The position numbers were made by a program, and so were the translations under genes. 64,000 bases of DNA from an uncultured Methanolobus sp. (GTDB lineage: Archaea > Halobacteriota > Methanosarcinia > Methanosarcinales > Methanosarcinaceae). Below the pieces are notes generated by a model, which was given only the letters and a program-made list of their open reading frames with translations, made no database searches and was not told the DNA's origin. Below are positions 28,402 through 41,371 of this stretch, piece by piece. The stretch spans positions 2,752,001 to 2,816,000 of the forward strand of contig OY776215.1 of assembly GCA_963675495.1 (NCBI GenBank). Direction: 5' to 3'. Numbering within the stretch: position 1 is the stretch's first letter; each line of letters opens with the position of its first letter.

Positions 28402-29919
28402 TTGGTACAAAAGTCTTCCAAATCTCTGATCGTAATGCTTCTTGCATGCAGCATCTTTTGTCTGACTTCCGGGTTCGCATTTGCGAATGACTATGAAATT
28501 ACGCTTTCTGAAGGTGAGGTAGTAGAGATTCAGGATGGTTACTACCTGACTGTAATGGATATTGATACATATGATGAAACGGTAAGATTTGTAGTATCAT
28601 ATTATGACACCATGGTATGGGACAATTATTACCCACGAGGAGAGTATTTTTCTTATCAGGACGATTATTTGGTTCTCCAATTCAAAATTGATGATGTTTA
28701 TTATGATTCTTTTTATGGTTACGATTACTTAGTTCTCTCAGATATCTACATCTATCCTGATTATACTGTTACTTACGATGAAAATGAACATGACTGGCAA
28801 CCTGAGTACTCAACGGACTATTCAGACCACTCCGATACTTCTGCGGAAGATGAGCTATATGATATGCTTGGAATCCTTGCCATAGTTATTGTGGCAGTTT
28901 TTCTGATGCGTAAAATATCAAAGAAAAGCAAAGATAAAAAAGCTCTCAAAAAAGATAAAAAGGAGGCTACCTTTTCTCCTTCATCTGGAAAAGAAAATAC
29001 TTCAAAAACAGCTGGCAATGTCGAAGCTGGAATTGTGAAAACAGCAGCTTCAAAACGTGATCCTGTACTAGTCAAATCAGCTATCCAGTACAAAGGCGCA
29101 AATATTCTTTACAAAATAAAAGTTGAAAACGCGTCTGAAGAGCCCATGGGCGATATAACCATAAGTCTCTTTGTTCCCGAGGTCTTCCATATCAAGGATA
29201 ATCAGAAGACTATGTCTATGCTGCAGTCTGGAGAAGGAAAAACTGTAACTTTCCTGATCAGGCCAACTGGTGAGTGTGGAAATTGTATATTAGCAGGAAA
29301 CATTCGTTATTACGATTACAGCCAGAAAAAGCATGTTCAGTTCGATCTTAGTAATAAAATGGTGGATATAGTCTGTCCTGTACTTAAGATAAAAGAAGTC
29401 GATGAGGCCGAGTGGAGGCTGAAAGTCAGTTCTATGATAATTGCAGAAGAGGATACTAAGGATGTTGAAATTCCGGCTGAGAATCTTTTTGATATGGCCA
29501 CACGCATACTGAAAGATATGAACATGTTTATGATCGCACCTGAGGTAACATCCACACAGCAACTGTTCACCGGTGTGGCAAGGTTCTATGCACATGGTGT
29601 GGCTGGCCTGAAGTATGCTGCATATGTTGAAGTGGTGGGTAAACGTAAATCGAGGCTGATTGTAAAAGCCTGGGCTGAAAAGGAAGAAGCACTTACAGGT
29701 TTCTATCATAAGATCCTTGAAGAGATCGAAAAGAGAACTGATATCAAACTCTTTGTTGATGATTCCGTAACCCAGTACAATATAAGCAACACCACTATAC
29801 AGGATAGTGTGATCCAGCGCTCGAATATTGGCAGCGGTAAAAGAAAGTGTCCTCAATGCGGAAGGGAAGTTGAAGGTAGCGAAAAATTCTGTATCAATTG
29901 TGGCCGGAAGCTTGACTGA
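28402..29919 (+). CDS. Single-pass membrane protein: S-layer-like ectodomain, cytoplasmic adaptin-appendage-like region and zinc ribbon
   Basis: Signal peptide, Tyr/Asp-rich ectodomain (ITLSEGEVVEIQDGYYLTVMDID), TM plus lysine cluster. The cytoplasmic part is homologous to 23194..24936 and ends in CPQCG…FCINCG. Confidence 0.78.
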   Translation: MVQKSSKSLIVMLLACSIFCLTSGFAFANDYEITLSEGEVVEIQDGYYLTVMDIDTYDETVRFVVSYYDTMVWDNYYPRGEYFSYQDDYLVLQFKIDDVYYDSFYGYDYLVLSDIYIYPDYTVTYDENEHDWQPEYSTDYSDHSDTSAEDELYDMLGILAIVIVAVFLMRKISKKSKDKKALKKDKKEATFSPSSGKENTSKTAGNVEAGIVKTAASKRDPVLVKSAIQYKGANILYKIKVENASEEPMGDITISLFVPEVFHIKDNQKTMSMLQSGEGKTVTFLIRPTGECGNCILAGNIRYYDYSQKKHVQFDLSNKMVDIVCPVLKIKEVDEAEWRLKVSSMIIAEEDTKDVEIPAENLFDMATRILKDMNMFMIAPEVTSTQQLFTGVARFYAHGVAGLKYAAYVEVVGKRKSRLIVKAWAEKEEALTGFYHKILEEIEKRTDIKLFVDDSVTQYNISNTTIQDSVIQRSNIGSGKRKCPQCGREVEGSEKFCINCGRKLD

Positions 29920-30104
29920 GGTAGTTAAAGGTAGTGTTTCCTGTTTATATATGGTGGGAATCCTGTATCTCTGTCATTCATTTTTATTTTTGTAATTTTA
30001 ACAGTCAACCATTAACTCTAAATAATATAATACGGAAATAACATTCCTTGCATGCTGATTTAAAGAAAGCATATAATTTTTCGAATCACAATAGGAGGTA
30101 TCGG

Positions 30105-30545
30105 ATGAGACTGGAATTTATGGAGAAAAAATCAAGATTTGATGAATTTGAACAGGAATATCGTCACTCAAAGGCATACCTTCGCAGAGCAAGACAGTTC
30201 CAGAAAGAAGGGCAGAATCACAGTGTTGTATTCAACGTGTCCTCACTTGCGCTTGAACGTTATCTAGTTGCTTTGTGCTACTTGTATGACACGGAACCCT
30301 TTAATCACAATTACGCCAGTCTGATGGATACTGTGGAAAAGATTGTTGAAGTTCCTGTAGAATTGAACAAAGAGATTAGGTCTCTGGATGAGATATTCGG
30401 TATTTGTTCTATTGACGATTATTATCATGGTGAACCTGAGCTATCCGATACTGATAGGATTCTGTCAATGTGCGATTCAGTTGAGGGATTGTTCGATCAG
30501 GAAAAGATATCCTCAATTAGAGATTCTTTAGAGGAATGTGAATGA
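30105..30545 (+). CDS. HEPN-like domain protein
   Basis: ATG 30105 after AGGAGG. The helical LALERYLVALC…PFNHNYASL segment resembles the HEPN ExxLKA…HxL pattern. Confidence 0.6.
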   Translation: MRLEFMEKKSRFDEFEQEYRHSKAYLRRARQFQKEGQNHSVVFNVSSLALERYLVALCYLYDTEPFNHNYASLMDTVEKIVEVPVELNKEIRSLDEIFGICSIDDYYHGEPELSDTDRILSMCDSVEGLFDQEKISSIRDSLEECE

Positions 30546-30842
30546 ACATTTCCTGATATCTCTTTTTTAAGACGCGTTATCTTTTTTGAATAGTACTTAT
30601 TTAGAAATCTATCTTTTTGGCTGCTCTTTAACTTAACAGAATCCTCTGATGGATACTTATTATATAAGGCGTATCAAGGAAGCTTCGTTATGTTTTGTCG
30701 GACATAACACTCCAAACATTGCTACTTCGGATGATGTTGTGCTCGAAAGGGCATAACATGCATTCTGCTTTTACTCAAAGCATCTGCTACACATATTATC
30801 TAAAACGATGTAAAAAAAGAAAAAAGAAGTTTGAAGATACAA

Positions 30843-31247
30843 TTAAATTAACTTCTTTCCTGCGTCAGATCCGCTTTTACATTCAAAGACATCTGTTATC
30901 TTCATTTTCATGAGTAATTTTGCAGGGTAGTCACCTTTTGCTTTTACTATCTTGCGCATCTCATCATATTCCTCACCACTGTCTATGGCTTCAATGTCAC
31001 CTTTTACCTGGAAGCATCCGTTGATTCCCGGTCCCCAAACATAGATGGCACCTTTAGGATTTGCCTTGAGGTTTTCCTTTGTCTTGAGGAAGAAATTGTC
31101 AACGATCCATATGGTCTCTGCATCTTCCTGAAGCATGCACATACCAATAGGGATTACGTTTGGTACGCCGTCCTTTGAAGCTGTTGCGAATGGGAATATC
31201 TTCATCTTTGCGAATTCTTCTTTCATCTCATCAGTTAGTTTTACCAT
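30843..31247 (-). CDS. Pyridoxamine 5'-phosphate oxidase-like FMN-binding protein
   Basis: ATASKDGVPNV…DNFFLKTKENLKANP…FQVKG. Confidence 0.88.
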   Translation of the reverse strand: MVKLTDEMKEEFAKMKIFPFATASKDGVPNVIPIGMCMLQEDAETIWIVDNFFLKTKENLKANPKGAIYVWGPGINGCFQVKGDIEAIDSGEEYDEMRKIVKAKGDYPAKLLMKMKITDVFECKSGSDAGKKLI

Positions 31248-31390
31248 TTATGTCACCTCTGCATATCAAAATGAATATACGGATAATCTACACATTAATG
31301 AAGCTTAAGCTTTTTCATCATTGCTGTTTCAGCATGATAAAAAGGCTATATGTCAAAGAAAAACTAAAAATGTGAAGTGATAAAAGAAAA

Positions 31391-31984
31391 TCAAAACAAC
31401 TTATCTAAAAAATATTGGTGAACCCTTGTATCATGTGTAAGTTCAGGATGGAAAGCCAGTGCTAAAATATTACTCTGTTCGGCAGTCACTATCATATCGT
31501 CTATTTTGGCAAGGACTGTGACATTATTCCCTGCTTCCACAATTCCTGGTGCTCTGATAAATACTGCATTGTAAGGCTCGTCAAGGAATGGAAGCTCAAG
31601 TTCTATCTCAAAAGAATCACGCTGTCTTCCAAAAGCATTCCTGTTGACCTTTGTATCCATAAGCCCGAGAAGATGCTGGTGCGTTTTTGCTACCTGCTCA
31701 TCGCCTGCTGTTGCAAGCAAGATGAGACCTGCACATGTGCCCATTATTGGTTTGCCAGCTACATTCATGTCGCGTATCTCATCTGCAATACCTTCACGTA
31801 TCAGCAGTTTTCCAAGTGTCGTGCTTTCGCCACCCGGAAGTATGAGTGCATCACATTCAGGGACAATGCCTTTATGTTTGATAGTGACAATCTCGGCTTC
31901 TTCATCACGCTGAGCTAGCGCTCTTTCAAGAGCTTCAACGTGTTCAGAAACATCTCCCTGAATAGCAATAACACCAATTAGCAT
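31391..31984 (-). CDS. pdxT: Pyridoxal 5'-phosphate synthase glutaminase subunit
   Basis: PGGESTT, GTCAG, RNAFGRQ, FIRAP and FHPEL motifs. Confidence 0.97.
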   Translation of the reverse strand: MLIGVIAIQGDVSEHVEALERALAQRDEEAEIVTIKHKGIVPECDALILPGGESTTLGKLLIREGIADEIRDMNVAGKPIMGTCAGLILLATAGDEQVAKTHQHLLGLMDTKVNRNAFGRQRDSFEIELELPFLDEPYNAVFIRAPGIVEAGNNVTVLAKIDDMIVTAEQSNILALAFHPELTHDTRVHQYFLDKLF

Positions 31985-32026
31985 AAAGATCCCGTTTAAA
32001 ATAGCAAAAAAGAATTACGGATGGGG

Positions 32027-32923
32027 TTACCATCCACGGTTCTGTAAAATATCTTCATCAGCAATGGAATCAACACTAATACCTTTCATACCAGTGCCGA
32101 TACCTTTTGATACCTTTGCAAGCACTTCAGGATTGTCGTAGTTGTTAACAGCCTCAACAATAGCCTTTGCCATTAGTTCAGGATTCTCTGACTTAAAGAT
32201 TCCAGATCCTACAAACACACCATCTGCACCCATGCGCATCATAAGAGCTGCATCTGCTGGTGTTGCAACACCGCCTGCTGCAAAGTTAACAACAGGAATA
32301 CGCTGCATCTCTGCAGTTTCTATCACAAGTTCAATTGGAGCTTCAATATCACGAGCAACAGCAATGAGCTCTTCCTTGGTCATGCCTTTTAACATGCGAA
32401 TCTCACCAAGTATCTGCTTCATGTGCTTAACAGCCTCACTGACATCACCAGTTCCAGCTTCACCTTTTGTGCGTATCATTGCAGCGCCTTCGTTAATTCT
32501 GCGAAGTGCCTCACCAAGGTTTCTTGCACCACAAACAAATGGTACGGTGAACTGTGTCTTATCAATGTGATAACTATTGTCAGCAGGTGTGAGTACTTCG
32601 GACTCATCAACCATGTCAACACCAAGAGCTTCTAAGATCTCAGCTTCTACAAAGTGGCCAATACGTGCTTTTCCCATAACAGGAATAGTTACAGTAGAAA
32701 TTATATCTGCAACAATCTGAGGATCTGCCATTCTGGCAACTCCGCCTTCCTTTCTGATGTCTGCAGGCACAGTCTGAAGTGCCATGACAGCAACAGCTCC
32801 AGCCTCTTCTGCTATCTTTGCCTGCTCAGGGTTTGTGACATCCATGATCACACCGCCTTTCTGCATCTTTGCAAAGCCGCGTTTAATAAGCTCTGTACCG
32901 TGTCTTAATTTTTCAAGTTCCAT
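32027..32923 (-). CDS. pdxS: Pyridoxal 5'-phosphate synthase lyase subunit
   Basis: [28 protein letters not shown] and [12 protein letters not shown] motifs. Confidence 0.98.
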   Translation of the reverse strand: MELEKLRHGTELIKRGFAKMQKGGVIMDVTNPEQAKIAEEAGAVAVMALQTVPADIRKEGGVARMADPQIVADIISTVTIPVMGKARIGHFVEAEILEALGVDMVDESEVLTPADNSYHIDKTQFTVPFVCGARNLGEALRRINEGAAMIRTKGEAGTGDVSEAVKHMKQILGEIRMLKGMTKEELIAVARDIEAPIELVIETAEMQRIPVVNFAAGGVATPADAALMMRMGADGVFVGSGIFKSENPELMAKAIVEAVNNYDNPEVLAKVSKGIGTGMKGISVDSIADEDILQNRGW

Positions 32924-33008
32924 AATATCATCCTGAATTAGTTATATGAATTTTTATGCCTAGCTACTCAGATTACTAGATAAAGTTAATGCTTAAAAGC
33001 ATTTACAT

Positions 33009-35519
33009 CTAGTTTTCTTCAGCTTTTAATCTCGCTACACCAACCACTTTGTCGCTGGATCGAACATTCATGATCTTAACTCCCTGTGTGTTCCTTCCCT
33101 GGACGCGAACATCCTTCACTGGAATGCGAATGATGATGCCTTCGGAACTTGTCAGGATTATATCGTCATCTTCGTGGACTGCTTTGACATTGATGACCGG
33201 TCCGTTGCGCAGACTTGTAACAATGGTTATAACACCACGTCCGCCCCTGTGCATTGACCTGTATTCCCCAAATTCCGTTCTCTTACCAAAACCATTCTCG
33301 GTTACTGTGAGAAGTGAGGCGCTTTCATCAACAATATCAAGGCTAACTACCATATCACCGGCTTCCAGGTTCATACCCCGGACACCTCTGGCACTGCGAC
33401 CCATCACACGTACTTCATCCTCGGCGAAGCGTATTGCTTTTCCGTGTCTTGAAACCATGACCATATCCCTTAAACCATCTGTGAGGGCCACATTTACAAG
33501 TTCATCTTCTTCAAGAAGACTAATGGCAATTATGCCCTTTTTGCGTGGGTTGCTGAAATCGGATAATTGACTCTTCTTGACCGTACCCATGCGTGTAGCC
33601 ATAAAGAGATATTCATCTTCTTTGAACTCACTCACAGGTATCATGGCTGTTACCAGTTCACCGTCACCAAGTTCGAGCAAATTAACAATGGCCTTACCAC
33701 GGGCCTGTCTGCTGCCCTCTGGTATTTCATAGACCTTACGCCAGTGTACACGTCCCTGATTTGTGAAGAACATTATGTAATCATGTGTTGAGGCAACAAA
33801 GATGTCAACCACGAAATCCTCATCTTTGGTGTCCATACCTATTACGCCTTTTCCACCTCTGTGCTGTTGGGAATATGTGTCCACAGGAAGTCTCTTGATG
33901 TATCCACTGTTGGTGATAGTAACTACCATATCCTCTACAGGGATCAGGTCCTCATTTTCCAGTTCCTCTTCAGAGGCTTTGATGGCGGTCCTGCGTACGT
34001 CGCCGAAACGTTCCTTCAGATCAGTCAGCTCATCCCTGATAATAGCATATTTTCTTTCATCGCTTGCGATGATATCTTTATGTTCAGCGATCTGTTTGAG
34101 AAGCTCATCGTACTCGTCATCGATCTTTTGTCTTTCAAGACCTGTGAGTTTCTGAAGGCGCATGTCAAGGATAGCTTTTGCCTGTATCTCATCAAGACCA
34201 AACTTGCTGATGAGTCCTTCCCTTGCTTCTTCCACATTTTTGGAACCACGTATGAGTGAAATGACCTGGTCCAGATTGTCAAGGGCGATCTTCAGGCCTT
34301 TGAGTATGTGAGCTCTGTCCTCAGCCTTTTTAAGAAGGAATTGTGTACGTTTCAGTATAACATCGACACGATGTTGCAGATAGATGCTCAATATCTGCTT
34401 TAGGTCAAGTTCCTGTGGTACATTATCCACAAGTGCAAGATTGATTATGCCAAAGGTTGTCTGCATCTGTGTGTGTTTGTAGAGCTGGTTCAGTACAACA
34501 TTTGCATTGGTACCGCGGGTCAGTTCAACGACAACACGTATCCCGTCACGATCGGATTCATCACGCAGATCTGAAACTCCGATTACCTTCTTTTCCCTTA
34601 CAAGGCTTGCTATATCTTCAATGAGTTTTGCCTTGTTGACCTGGTACGGAAGTTCAGATACAACTATGCGGTACTTGTCCTTTTTTATTTCATCAATTTC
34701 AGCAACAGCCCTTATTTTTACCCTTCCACGGCCAGTCTCATAGGCTGATTTAAATCCCTGGGTACCAAGTATGACTCCACCGGTTGGGAAGTCAGGTCCT
34801 TTGATAGCTGTCATTAATTGTGGAATTGTAGTTTCCGAATTATCAATGAGCATTAAAGTTGCGTTGATGACCTCGGTAAGATTATGAGGTGCCATGTTTG
34901 TGGCCATACCCACAGCAATACCTGTTGAACCATTTATAAGCAGGTTTGGCAGCTTTGCAGGAAGCACAACTGGTTCTTCAAGTGAACCATCGTAATTAGG
35001 ACGTGTTGAAACCGTATTCTTGTCGATATCCAGAAGCATCTCATCGCATATCTTGTCCATGCGTACCTCAGTGTAACGCATGGCAGCAGCAGAGTCACCA
35101 TCGATTGAACCAAAATTTCCCTGTCCATCTATGAATGGATATCTCAATGAGAATTCCTGAACCATCCTGACAAGGGAATCGTAAACTGCAGTATCACCAT
35201 GTGGGTGGTACTTACCAAGAACGTCTCCCACTACACGGGCGGACTTCTTGTAAGCCTTGTCATAGGTGATACCTGCCTCTTTCATGGCGTAGAGTATCCT
35301 TCGGTGAACGGGTTTGAGGCCGTCCTTTGCATCAGGTAATGCACGGCTTACAATTACACTCATTGCATAGTCCATGAATGAGTTCTTCATTTCATCTTCA
35401 ATGAGTATCGGTATTATCTTTTCACCTGTATCCGTAGGCTGGATATCAAAAGGAACTTCGTCTTCGGTATTTGATGGATCATTGTCCTGAACATTTTCAT
35501 TATCAATATTATCTGCCAT
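33009..35519 (-). CDS. gyrA: DNA gyrase subunit A
   Basis: [16 protein letters not shown] active site, GyrA box QHRGGKG and C-terminal pinwheel repeats. Confidence 0.98.
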   Translation of the reverse strand: MADNIDNENVQDNDPSNTEDEVPFDIQPTDTGEKIIPILIEDEMKNSFMDYAMSVIVSRALPDAKDGLKPVHRRILYAMKEAGITYDKAYKKSARVVGDVLGKYHPHGDTAVYDSLVRMVQEFSLRYPFIDGQGNFGSIDGDSAAAMRYTEVRMDKICDEMLLDIDKNTVSTRPNYDGSLEEPVVLPAKLPNLLINGSTGIAVGMATNMAPHNLTEVINATLMLIDNSETTIPQLMTAIKGPDFPTGGVILGTQGFKSAYETGRGRVKIRAVAEIDEIKKDKYRIVVSELPYQVNKAKLIEDIASLVREKKVIGVSDLRDESDRDGIRVVVELTRGTNANVVLNQLYKHTQMQTTFGIINLALVDNVPQELDLKQILSIYLQHRVDVILKRTQFLLKKAEDRAHILKGLKIALDNLDQVISLIRGSKNVEEAREGLISKFGLDEIQAKAILDMRLQKLTGLERQKIDDEYDELLKQIAEHKDIIASDERKYAIIRDELTDLKERFGDVRRTAIKASEEELENEDLIPVEDMVVTITNSGYIKRLPVDTYSQQHRGGKGVIGMDTKDEDFVVDIFVASTHDYIMFFTNQGRVHWRKVYEIPEGSRQARGKAIVNLLELGDGELVTAMIPVSEFKEDEYLFMATRMGTVKKSQLSDFSNPRKKGIIAISLLEEDELVNVALTDGLRDMVMVSRHGKAIRFAEDEVRVMGRSARGVRGMNLEAGDMVVSLDIVDESASLLTVTENGFGKRTEFGEYRSMHRGGRGVITIVTSLRNGPVINVKAVHEDDDIILTSSEGIIIRIPVKDVRVQGRNTQGVKIMNVRSSDKVVGVARLKAEEN

Positions 35520-35528
35520 TTTTTCACC

Positions 35529-37433
<1,905 letters not shown>

Positions 37434-37792
37434 TTAAATACAGCTCCGTGAAAAATTCATAATTACCACATATAAATAAAGTCTAATCAACTATGTCTAA
37501 AACGTATACTTAGTCATCCCTCAAAAATACAGTTTAAGAAATATTTATTTTGAATCTCTCGGTTCTTATTTTGATCTAAAACATCTGGCTCCTCATTACG
37601 CATTCATGCTTATTAAATGTTTATATAATTTTGTTATAAAAAAGCTGGGAATATAAGTGAAAGTTGTCATTTTCTTTGTTTAAAGTAGGACATATTCCCT
37701 TGACCACCTAATATATTAGACATCAAGTAATTGATATATTCCGTGGGTGAATCTCTAGGCATTTAGTTGATACAATTATATGATGATAATAA

Positions 37793-40345
37793 ATGACAAA
37801 ACTTGATGTAAATTCGGAAATTGCAAAAGTAATCAATGACAGCCCTGTAACAATTTTTATTTGGAAACCAGAAGAAGGCTGGCCAGTAGAATTTGTCTCA
37901 GGGAATGTAAGTCAGTTTGGATATTCATCCGAAGATTTTCTTTCGGGTAAATTAAAGTATGAAGATATTATCCATCCTGATGACATTGAACATGTAAACA
38001 GAGAGGTTAAAGAATACTCTAAAACGCACGTTGATAATTTTATTCAGGAATACAGGATACTGACAGCATCAGGTGAGACCCGGTGTATAGATGATAGAAC
38101 CATTATCCGAAGGGATGAGGCTGGCAATATTAAGTATTATGAAGGGATCATTCTGGATATAAGTCAGCGAAAGCTCTCAGAAACAATTATTGATTGCCGC
38201 AATCAAGTTCTTGAATCCCTGGCATCTGGTGCAACTCTGGATGAAGTTCTTTTGCACCTGGTGACATCTACAGAAAAAATTGTGCCTGGAACAATAAGTT
38301 TTGTTATGTTACTGGATAAGGAAAAGAAACATCTGGTTCATGCTATTTCTCCCCATCTTCCGCATTTCTACAAAAAAGCTATCGAAGGGCTACCCATAGG
38401 CGAAGGCATTGGCTCCTGCTCAACAGCTGTCCACACAGGGAAAAGGGTTATTGTAGAGGACATAATGGGGCATCCGTACTGGAAAGATCTTAAGGAAATT
38501 GCAGCCAAAGCAGACATCAGGGCAAGTTGTTGTGAACCTATAATAAGTTCGAATAATGAGGTCTTTGGAACCTTCGGAATGTACTTCCGCAAGCCACACA
38601 AACCTGCAAAGGAAGAGCTCGATATCCTTAAAGCAAACGCCAATCTCGCAGCTATCGCAATAAACAACAAAAGGGTATTAGACAGCGCTCTTGAATCTGA
38701 ACAAAAACTCAAGATCATTCTCAACAATGTAAACGACCAGATATATATCAGCGAACTCGATGGGAAAGCGATCGCTGTGAACCAGGCTGTAGTAGATACA
38801 TTGGGTTACAGCAAGGATGAGATGTTAAGAGCATATCCTTCTGATATTGTTCCATCAAAAGATGTGCACCGCGTATCAAAACTCATGAAGGAGATTGAAA
38901 CGGATGGAAGAGCGATATATGAGACCGAGGCGATACATAAGGACGGCAGGAAGATACCTCTGGAAGTCAGTGCACGGTTCATAATCTATGACGGGAAAAA
39001 AACCATTTTGTCAGTCGCCAGAGACATCAGTGAGCGCAAAAGGGCCGAAAGGAAACGTCGGCTTGAAGAAGAAAGGCTTGAAGCGCTTGTTAAACTTAAC
39101 AGTATGACCGGTGCCTCTTTAAAAGAGATCACGGATTTTGCAAGGGAAGAAGCTGTAAGACTTACTGAAAGTACACTTGGATACCTCGCGTTTATGAATG
39201 CTGATGAAACTGCGCTCATAATGCATTCCTGGTCGGAAAGTGCCATGAAGGAATGTGGTGTCAAAAACAAACAATTCATATATCCGATCAAAACTACTGG
39301 CTTATGGGGTGAAGCAGTAAGGCAGCGAAGACCGATAATAACAAATGATTACTCTCTTCCAAGTACAATGAAAAAAGGATACCCAAAGGATCATGTGGAA
39401 CTTACAAGGCATATGAATATCCCAATTATCGATGGTGATCATATCGTTGCCGTTGCAGGTGTTGGCAATAAAGAAGAAGACTACGATGAATCAGATCTAC
39501 GCCAACTTACTTTATTGATGCAGGGTATGTGGAGCCTCGTTCAAAGAAAACAAATAGAAGATGCCTTAAAGCAATATTCTGACGAACTAAAGATGGCAAA
39601 TGAGGAACTAAGGTCTATCGGCAGGATGAAAACAGAATTCATTGCAGAAAGGATGGAACTTATATATGGTCCTGAGCACTCAGAATTCAGTATCCTTGAT
39701 GATGAGACTATCAGGGTGATCGATGACCAGCAGGCAAAGGCTATCAATTCCGTATTGCTCAACTCTGAAAGGTTAAAACGTCTGGTAAATTCGCTTTTGT
39801 ATATGAGCCAGGAGCAGGCAGGAAAGATAGAATATACATTTTCCTGGACACAAATGAACAAACTCATATCAGAAGCTCTGATGAATCTGATATTGCTGAT
39901 AGATGAGAAAGGAATTACTTTAGAGGTGAATGTACCCAACGAACTGCCGGCAATAAGATCAGATAAGGATAAATTGACAGAAACATTGATAATTCTTATA
40001 GATAATGCAATCAAGTTCACTCCTGAAGGTGGAAGGATAAACATAGATGCAAGTGAAGAAAGTAACCATCTGCACTTGAGAATAAGTGATACGGGACCAG
40101 GTATACAGAAAGACCTTATACCGCATATCTTCCAGAAATTCTACCAGGTTGAGGACTCAATGAGTCGAATGTATCAGGGACTTGAATCCGGTCTTTACAT
40201 TTGTAAGGACATCATCCTTGCGCATAAAGGTGAGATATGGCTCGAAAGTGAAAAGGGTAAAGGGACTACGTTCCACATAATGCTTCCAACAGGTGTTGTG
40301 GATGATGATTCCTCCAGTTTATCAAAAAGAGAGATGATAAAATGA
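37793..40345 (+). CDS. PAS-GAF-PAS-GAF sensor kinase with HATPase domain, RdmS/MsmS-like
   Basis: Two PAS and two GAF domains; N box LIDNAIKFT and G boxes. No canonical H-box. Adjacent to an Msr regulator and an mts-like gene. Confidence 0.85.
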   Translation: MTKLDVNSEIAKVINDSPVTIFIWKPEEGWPVEFVSGNVSQFGYSSEDFLSGKLKYEDIIHPDDIEHVNREVKEYSKTHVDNFIQEYRILTASGETRCIDDRTIIRRDEAGNIKYYEGIILDISQRKLSETIIDCRNQVLESLASGATLDEVLLHLVTSTEKIVPGTISFVMLLDKEKKHLVHAISPHLPHFYKKAIEGLPIGEGIGSCSTAVHTGKRVIVEDIMGHPYWKDLKEIAAKADIRASCCEPIISSNNEVFGTFGMYFRKPHKPAKEELDILKANANLAAIAINNKRVLDSALESEQKLKIILNNVNDQIYISELDGKAIAVNQAVVDTLGYSKDEMLRAYPSDIVPSKDVHRVSKLMKEIETDGRAIYETEAIHKDGRKIPLEVSARFIIYDGKKTILSVARDISERKRAERKRRLEEERLEALVKLNSMTGASLKEITDFAREEAVRLTESTLGYLAFMNADETALIMHSWSESAMKECGVKNKQFIYPIKTTGLWGEAVRQRRPIITNDYSLPSTMKKGYPKDHVELTRHMNIPIIDGDHIVAVAGVGNKEEDYDESDLRQLTLLMQGMWSLVQRKQIEDALKQYSDELKMANEELRSIGRMKTEFIAERMELIYGPEHSEFSILDDETIRVIDDQQAKAINSVLLNSERLKRLVNSLLYMSQEQAGKIEYTFSWTQMNKLISEALMNLILLIDEKGITLEVNVPNELPAIRSDKDKLTETLIILIDNAIKFTPEGGRINIDASEESNHLHLRISDTGPGIQKDLIPHIFQKFYQVEDSMSRMYQGLESGLYICKDIILAHKGEIWLESEKGKGTTFHIMLPTGVVDDDSSSLSKREMIK

Positions 40346-41127
40346 AATTGGCTCTGTTAGGCACTCTTTTTCTATCCGACAAAAGAAAAGATCTCCTCAT
40401 CCTGCTGATAGAACAGCCTATGAACATCGATGAGATCAAAAATACACTCAATGTCACTTCCAGTGCTATGATGACACAGATCAAGATACTCATCGATCAG
40501 GGCATAATACTTTACGAGGATGATCATTACAGGCTCTCGAGCTTTGGAGAGGTAATCGTAAAAAAAATGATTCCTCTTTTAAACACTCTAATGGTCTTCG
40601 AAGATAATAAACAATACTGGGAGAATCATAAAGTTGAAGGTATTCCGGCACATCTTCTTGAAAGAATAGAAGAACTTGGTTCCTGTGAAGTTGTTGAGCC
40701 GGAACTTAATCGTATGTATGAATTACCGAAAAAGTTCACTGACAATCTCGTACAGTCAAAATACATCATGGAAATTTCTTCTTCATTCAGTCCGGCTTAT
40801 CCCTCTAAGTACATTGAACTTGCCAGAAAAGGTGTTCGAATATCACTTATAATAACGGAGCCTGTATTTGAAAGATTCGAAACGGAGTATTTCGAACAAT
40901 TGCAGGATTATCTGGCGATAGAAAATACAGAACTTTTTGTGTGCAAAGACGATATAGGTTTTGCGTCCAGTGTGGTAACAGACAGATTCCTTTCATTGAC
41001 CCTGTTCTATAAGAACGGTATGTTCCACAATCATGCTATGATGAGTTTTGAAATGAATTCATTGGAGTGGGGAGAGGACATATATCAGTTTTTCAGAAAA
41101 ATATCACAAGAAGTGACAGGTATCTGA
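40342..41127 (+). CDS. Msr-family transcriptional regulator (wHTH + DUF1724-like), MsrF/MsrG-like
   Basis: LFLSDKRKDLLILL… N-terminal wHTH, YWENH…IPAHLLERIEELG and a C-terminal WGEDIY. Confidence 0.88.
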   Translation: MKLALLGTLFLSDKRKDLLILLIEQPMNIDEIKNTLNVTSSAMMTQIKILIDQGIILYEDDHYRLSSFGEVIVKKMIPLLNTLMVFEDNKQYWENHKVEGIPAHLLERIEELGSCEVVEPELNRMYELPKKFTDNLVQSKYIMEISSSFSPAYPSKYIELARKGVRISLIITEPVFERFETEYFEQLQDYLAIENTELFVCKDDIGFASSVVTDRFLSLTLFYKNGMFHNHAMMSFEMNSLEWGEDIYQFFRKISQEVTGI

Positions 41128-41228
41128 GATCCGGCAATCATACAGGAGATATTTACTCCAGATATAATTCTACTTGTTTTGACTTTGAAATATATTGCTT
41201 GAATGCGTTTTACTTTTGCGTTCATCAG

Positions 41229-41371
41229 ATCAAAGCCATTGATCTGATTAAAGCCATTAATCTTATTTGAGTTCTGTTCCTTTGTTAACGGTGTTAATTG
41301 TGAGGCGTTCATTCATAGGATTACGACCCCACTCATAATCATGTGTGGTTTCTGATGTTAACGCCGTTAAT
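41229..41371 (+). promoter_or_regulatory. Four copies of the inverted repeat RTYAA-N5-TTRAT upstream of the mts-like promoter
   Basis: Sites at 41229-41243, 41247-41261, 41284-41298 and 41357-41371; TATA-like TTATGATATATA at 41385-41396. Confidence 0.65.

Noticed and set aside
30695-30913. 72-aa plus-strand ORF overlapping the end of the FMN-binding protein gene
   Set aside because: No motif, a TTG start without RBS, and antisense overlap; probably spurious.
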